A DNA stretch of 38,098 bases from a virus (Duplodnaviria > Caudoviricetes), in the IMG/VR virus record IMGVR_UViG_3300046779_001840, positions 1 to 38,098 of that record; one strand, given 5' to 3'. Shown here one piece after another: positions 35,814-38,098 of the stretch. Position numbers and translations under genes: made by a program. Under the pieces are notes generated by a model. That model ran no database searches and was not told the origin of the DNA. It saw nothing but the letters and a program-made list of their open reading frames with translations. Position 1 is the first letter of the stretch. Every line of letters starts with the position of its first letter.

Positions 35814-37318
35814 AAAAACTTTCTACATTCCTCCAATTCAGGAATGTAATCTTGTAATTTTACATTACGTGCATGATCCAATTGATCATTATACACAAAA
35901 AATTCTTTTAGTGCAACCGGATCAAATGAGGGGTTGCTTTTGTAATACTCATACAACGAATCAATGGCAGTTCGATTTGACTTGCCATCACTGTGATAAA
36001 CCTTGGTCTTTCTGCATCTTTCCATTGATGCGACTACCAAGTCAGCACGAGGATGATTGTATGCAGACTGTATACCAACATGGTTAATCTGCAGATATAT
36101 TGCTGTATGCGGGAATTCTTGATCTAGAAATTCAAACAACAGATGCAGATTGGTCACATTGTACAGGCCTGGCACACAATTGATAGACACATTGTGTCCG
36201 CGTGATTCCAATAGATGCATGTTTTGTATAACAGTGTCCCACTGAGATCCCCAACGCCAGTAATCATTTACTGCACCATATCCGTCAAGACTGACAGAAA
36301 AATTCATGTTGGTAAATTGGTCTGCTAGCTCTAAAAATCGAGCACTGAGCTTGACACCGTTTGTGCCCAGCGTAAAATCAAAATCAGTACGACCAGCTGC
36401 AATACACTTTTCCATAAAGTCCAACACTTCGCTCATTATGGTTGGTTCGCCACCAGTTAAGTATACTCTTACTCGTGGATTCAATGTGGCAATATCTACA
36501 TAATCCAGGCTGGAGTATTTGAATATCTGCGGATGCGGATACACAATGTTAAACTTTTTGTATTCTCTGTCAATCAAGTGACTGTGTTCGGGCTTGCACG
36601 AACGGCACATGATGTTGCACTTGTTGCTGAGTCTAATCTCGTAATAGTACGGATGCTCGATGCGGTCAAGATCTTCAACAGTTTGTAGATCCAGTTTACT
36701 AACCCATTCTTTGGTTTCAAATTGCCGATAACTTTCAATGCCCTTGCTTTCGTAAGCATAGCAAAAACTACAGTAGTCGGGCAAGGGATCGCCTCTCAGC
36801 ATGGCTTCACGCACTTGAGCAAAATCGGCATTGGTTTTCCAATTGATCACTTGGTCAATGGTGGTTACTTTTTTCTTTGATCGTGTACACAAGGTCACAT
36901 ATCCATGATCCTCAGTTAACAGTACCCATGGATAAATGCAAAAACTTTTGTTGTTTACAAGTTCATCAAAATTCTTAAATGGTTGGATGTTGCGGTTGTC
37001 TTTGTATACAGTATCATAACCTAGTACATCAAGCTCTAGCATGACCTTGTAGGTAGACAGCAACGGTTTCCAATGAGTCCACTCTTTTTGGGATTGATCT
37101 AAAAATACAATGGTATCAAAGTGCTTGGCTATAGCAATTATAGCACCAAACGATAGATCCAAAATAGAAGTATGGTAATAGCCTGCGGTTGCTGGCACGT
37201 AATCATCGTGGTCAATTAACCCGTGATTAACAGTACGATTTTTTCTTGCTAGGATTGAAGTTTGGATATCTGTGTTAGACCCGTTATTACCAAGGCATAA
37301 GATCTTTTTATCGAACAT
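35804..37318 (-). CDS. Radical SAM protein with N-terminal extra domain and twitch-like region
   Basis: FCIYPW..LC..CSFCY, then CNIMCRSC, TGGEP, TNG, SLDG; start moved to MFDKK because the ORF-track extension crosses tRNA-Ala. Confidence 0.9.
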   Translation of the reverse strand: MFDKKILCLGNNGSNTDIQTSILARKNRTVNHGLIDHDDYVPATAGYYHTSILDLSFGAIIAIAKHFDTIVFLDQSQKEWTHWKPLLSTYKVMLELDVLGYDTVYKDNRNIQPFKNFDELVNNKSFCIYPWVLLTEDHGYVTLCTRSKKKVTTIDQVINWKTNADFAQVREAMLRGDPLPDYCSFCYAYESKGIESYRQFETKEWVSKLDLQTVEDLDRIEHPYYYEIRLSNKCNIMCRSCKPEHSHLIDREYKKFNIVYPHPQIFKYSSLDYVDIATLNPRVRVYLTGGEPTIMSEVLDFMEKCIAAGRTDFDFTLGTNGVKLSARFLELADQFTNMNFSVSLDGYGAVNDYWRWGSQWDTVIQNMHLLESRGHNVSINCVPGLYNVTNLHLLFEFLDQEFPHTAIYLQINHVGIQSAYNHPRADLVVASMERCRKTKVYHSDGKSNRTAIDSLYEYYKSNPSFDPVALKEFFVYNDQLDHARNVKLQDYIPELEECRKFLGD

Positions 37319-37355
37319 ACTATTAGTTATACCTAGCAACAACAACAGAAAACTT

Positions 37356-37430
37356 TGGTGGAGGATAGCGGGGTCGAACCGCTGACTGAAGCTTGCAAAG
37401 CTACTGTGTTCCCAACTATACCAATCCCCC
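37356..37430 (-). tRNA. tRNA-Ala(TGC)
   Basis: G3-U70 pair, loop TTTGCAA, ACCA end. Confidence 0.94.
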
Positions 37431-37443
37431 GGAAACATATTTA

Positions 37444-37523
37444 TATACTGAAACACACTACCTGCTCTGTTGCGGCTACATATCTGTAGTTTGGTATCCA
37501 TTCATGCAATGTGTTTTAGTATA
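37444..37523. ncRNA. Unassigned 80-nt stem-loop element
   Basis: 14-bp terminal inverted repeat TATACTGAAACACA/TGTGTTTTAGTATA with inner hairpin CTACA/TGTAG. Confidence 0.45.
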
Positions 37524-37524
37524 G

Positions 37525-38098
37525 TGGTGGACTGAGATTACATCCTACCCATAAGCACCTCTAGCATTATACTGCACCTTGCGAGCACAGCTTCTCTAGA
37601 CATCCACTAAGACCATATTGCTATGTATCCTAGTCTGCTTACAGTATCGCCGTTTTTAAAGACAGGCAGTAGTCTTGTCGTTACATGCTACTCTACACCA
37701 TCTATCCCGTTAACCTTGCGAGCTATTCAGAGTCGCTAAACCCTTACGAAACTTCCAGTATAAACTGATATTACCTTGCGAGCTTTATCAGACTCAGTTA
37801 GCCGAAGCCCTGAGCGTTAGATACTTTTCACACATAACCGAGTCAGTCTTTGCATTTTATAAATGACAGGATTTGAACCTGTAGCATTCTGATTAAAAGT
37901 CAGACGATCTACCATTGATCTACATTAACCTACTGCGATGTGCTGACTCAGTTGCTCTATACTCTTTTGGAATACAGAATACAACACACCACGTACCTTT
38001 CCTCTCGCGGAGTAATCAGTCGTTTTTTGCGATCGGTGTCCGTACTGCTACGTCCACTAACCACTCAAACTGCATACGAGCCCTTAGGAGCGACCCTT
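37525..38098 (-). ncRNA. GOLLD-like giant ncRNA (3' portion; continues beyond the window)
   Basis: >570 nt with no ORF in the track; many helices; three GCTCGCAAGG GNRA hairpins; 3' TAATCTCA; tRNA-array context; embedded tRNA. Family call is from memory of GOLLD features. Confidence 0.75.
37858..37929 (-). tRNA. tRNA-Lys(TTT)-like element embedded in the large ncRNA (no CCA, weak acceptor stem)
   Basis: D arm GATC/GATC, TCTGA-CTTTTAA-TCAGA, T arm ACAGG-TTCAAAT-CCTGT; acceptor GTTAATG/CATTTAT. Confidence 0.78.

Noticed and set aside
37319-37501. N-terminal extension of the 565-aa radical SAM ORF
   Set aside because: It runs through tRNA-Ala; ATG 37318 is the plausible start
1-38098. Stop-codon reassignment, as seen in some large phages
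   Set aside because: Genes are intact and densely packed under the standard code, TAA, TAG and TGA all end genes, and no suppressor tRNA is present

Overview
38-kb segment of a large, AT-rich tailed phage genome (T4-like/jumbo-phage organisation, standard genetic code, mostly minus-strand genes). Left to right it holds: (1) a compact operon of unassigned tailoring enzymes (glutamine amidotransferase, ferritin-like di-iron protein, two sulfotransferase/P-loop-like proteins, cupin, small membrane protein) with a divergent methyltransferase; (2) phoH, a radical SAM protein, a HAD nucleotidase, a clamp loader, a FkbM methyltransferase, GroES, a stand-alone DnaE fragment and MazG; (3) four virion/baseplate/tail-fibre genes; (4) host-like genes (ErpA/IscA, Fe/Mn SOD, IF-1) and an amidinotransferase / Arg-Leu-transferase-like / DUF1415-like trio; (5) an RNA-rich region with 12 CCA-ending tRNAs, an RNA-repair cluster (Rnl1-like ligase, kinase, metallophosphoesterase, CX5R phosphatase), radical SAM genes, three unassigned structured RNAs and the 3' part of a GOLLD-like giant ncRNA with a tRNA-Lys-like element inside one of its stems. 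Two promoter classes are visible (sigma70 TTGAC-17-TATAAT and T4-late-like TAAATA), several placed to give leaderless mRNAs. Family assignments come from motif recognition by eye; no searches were run.
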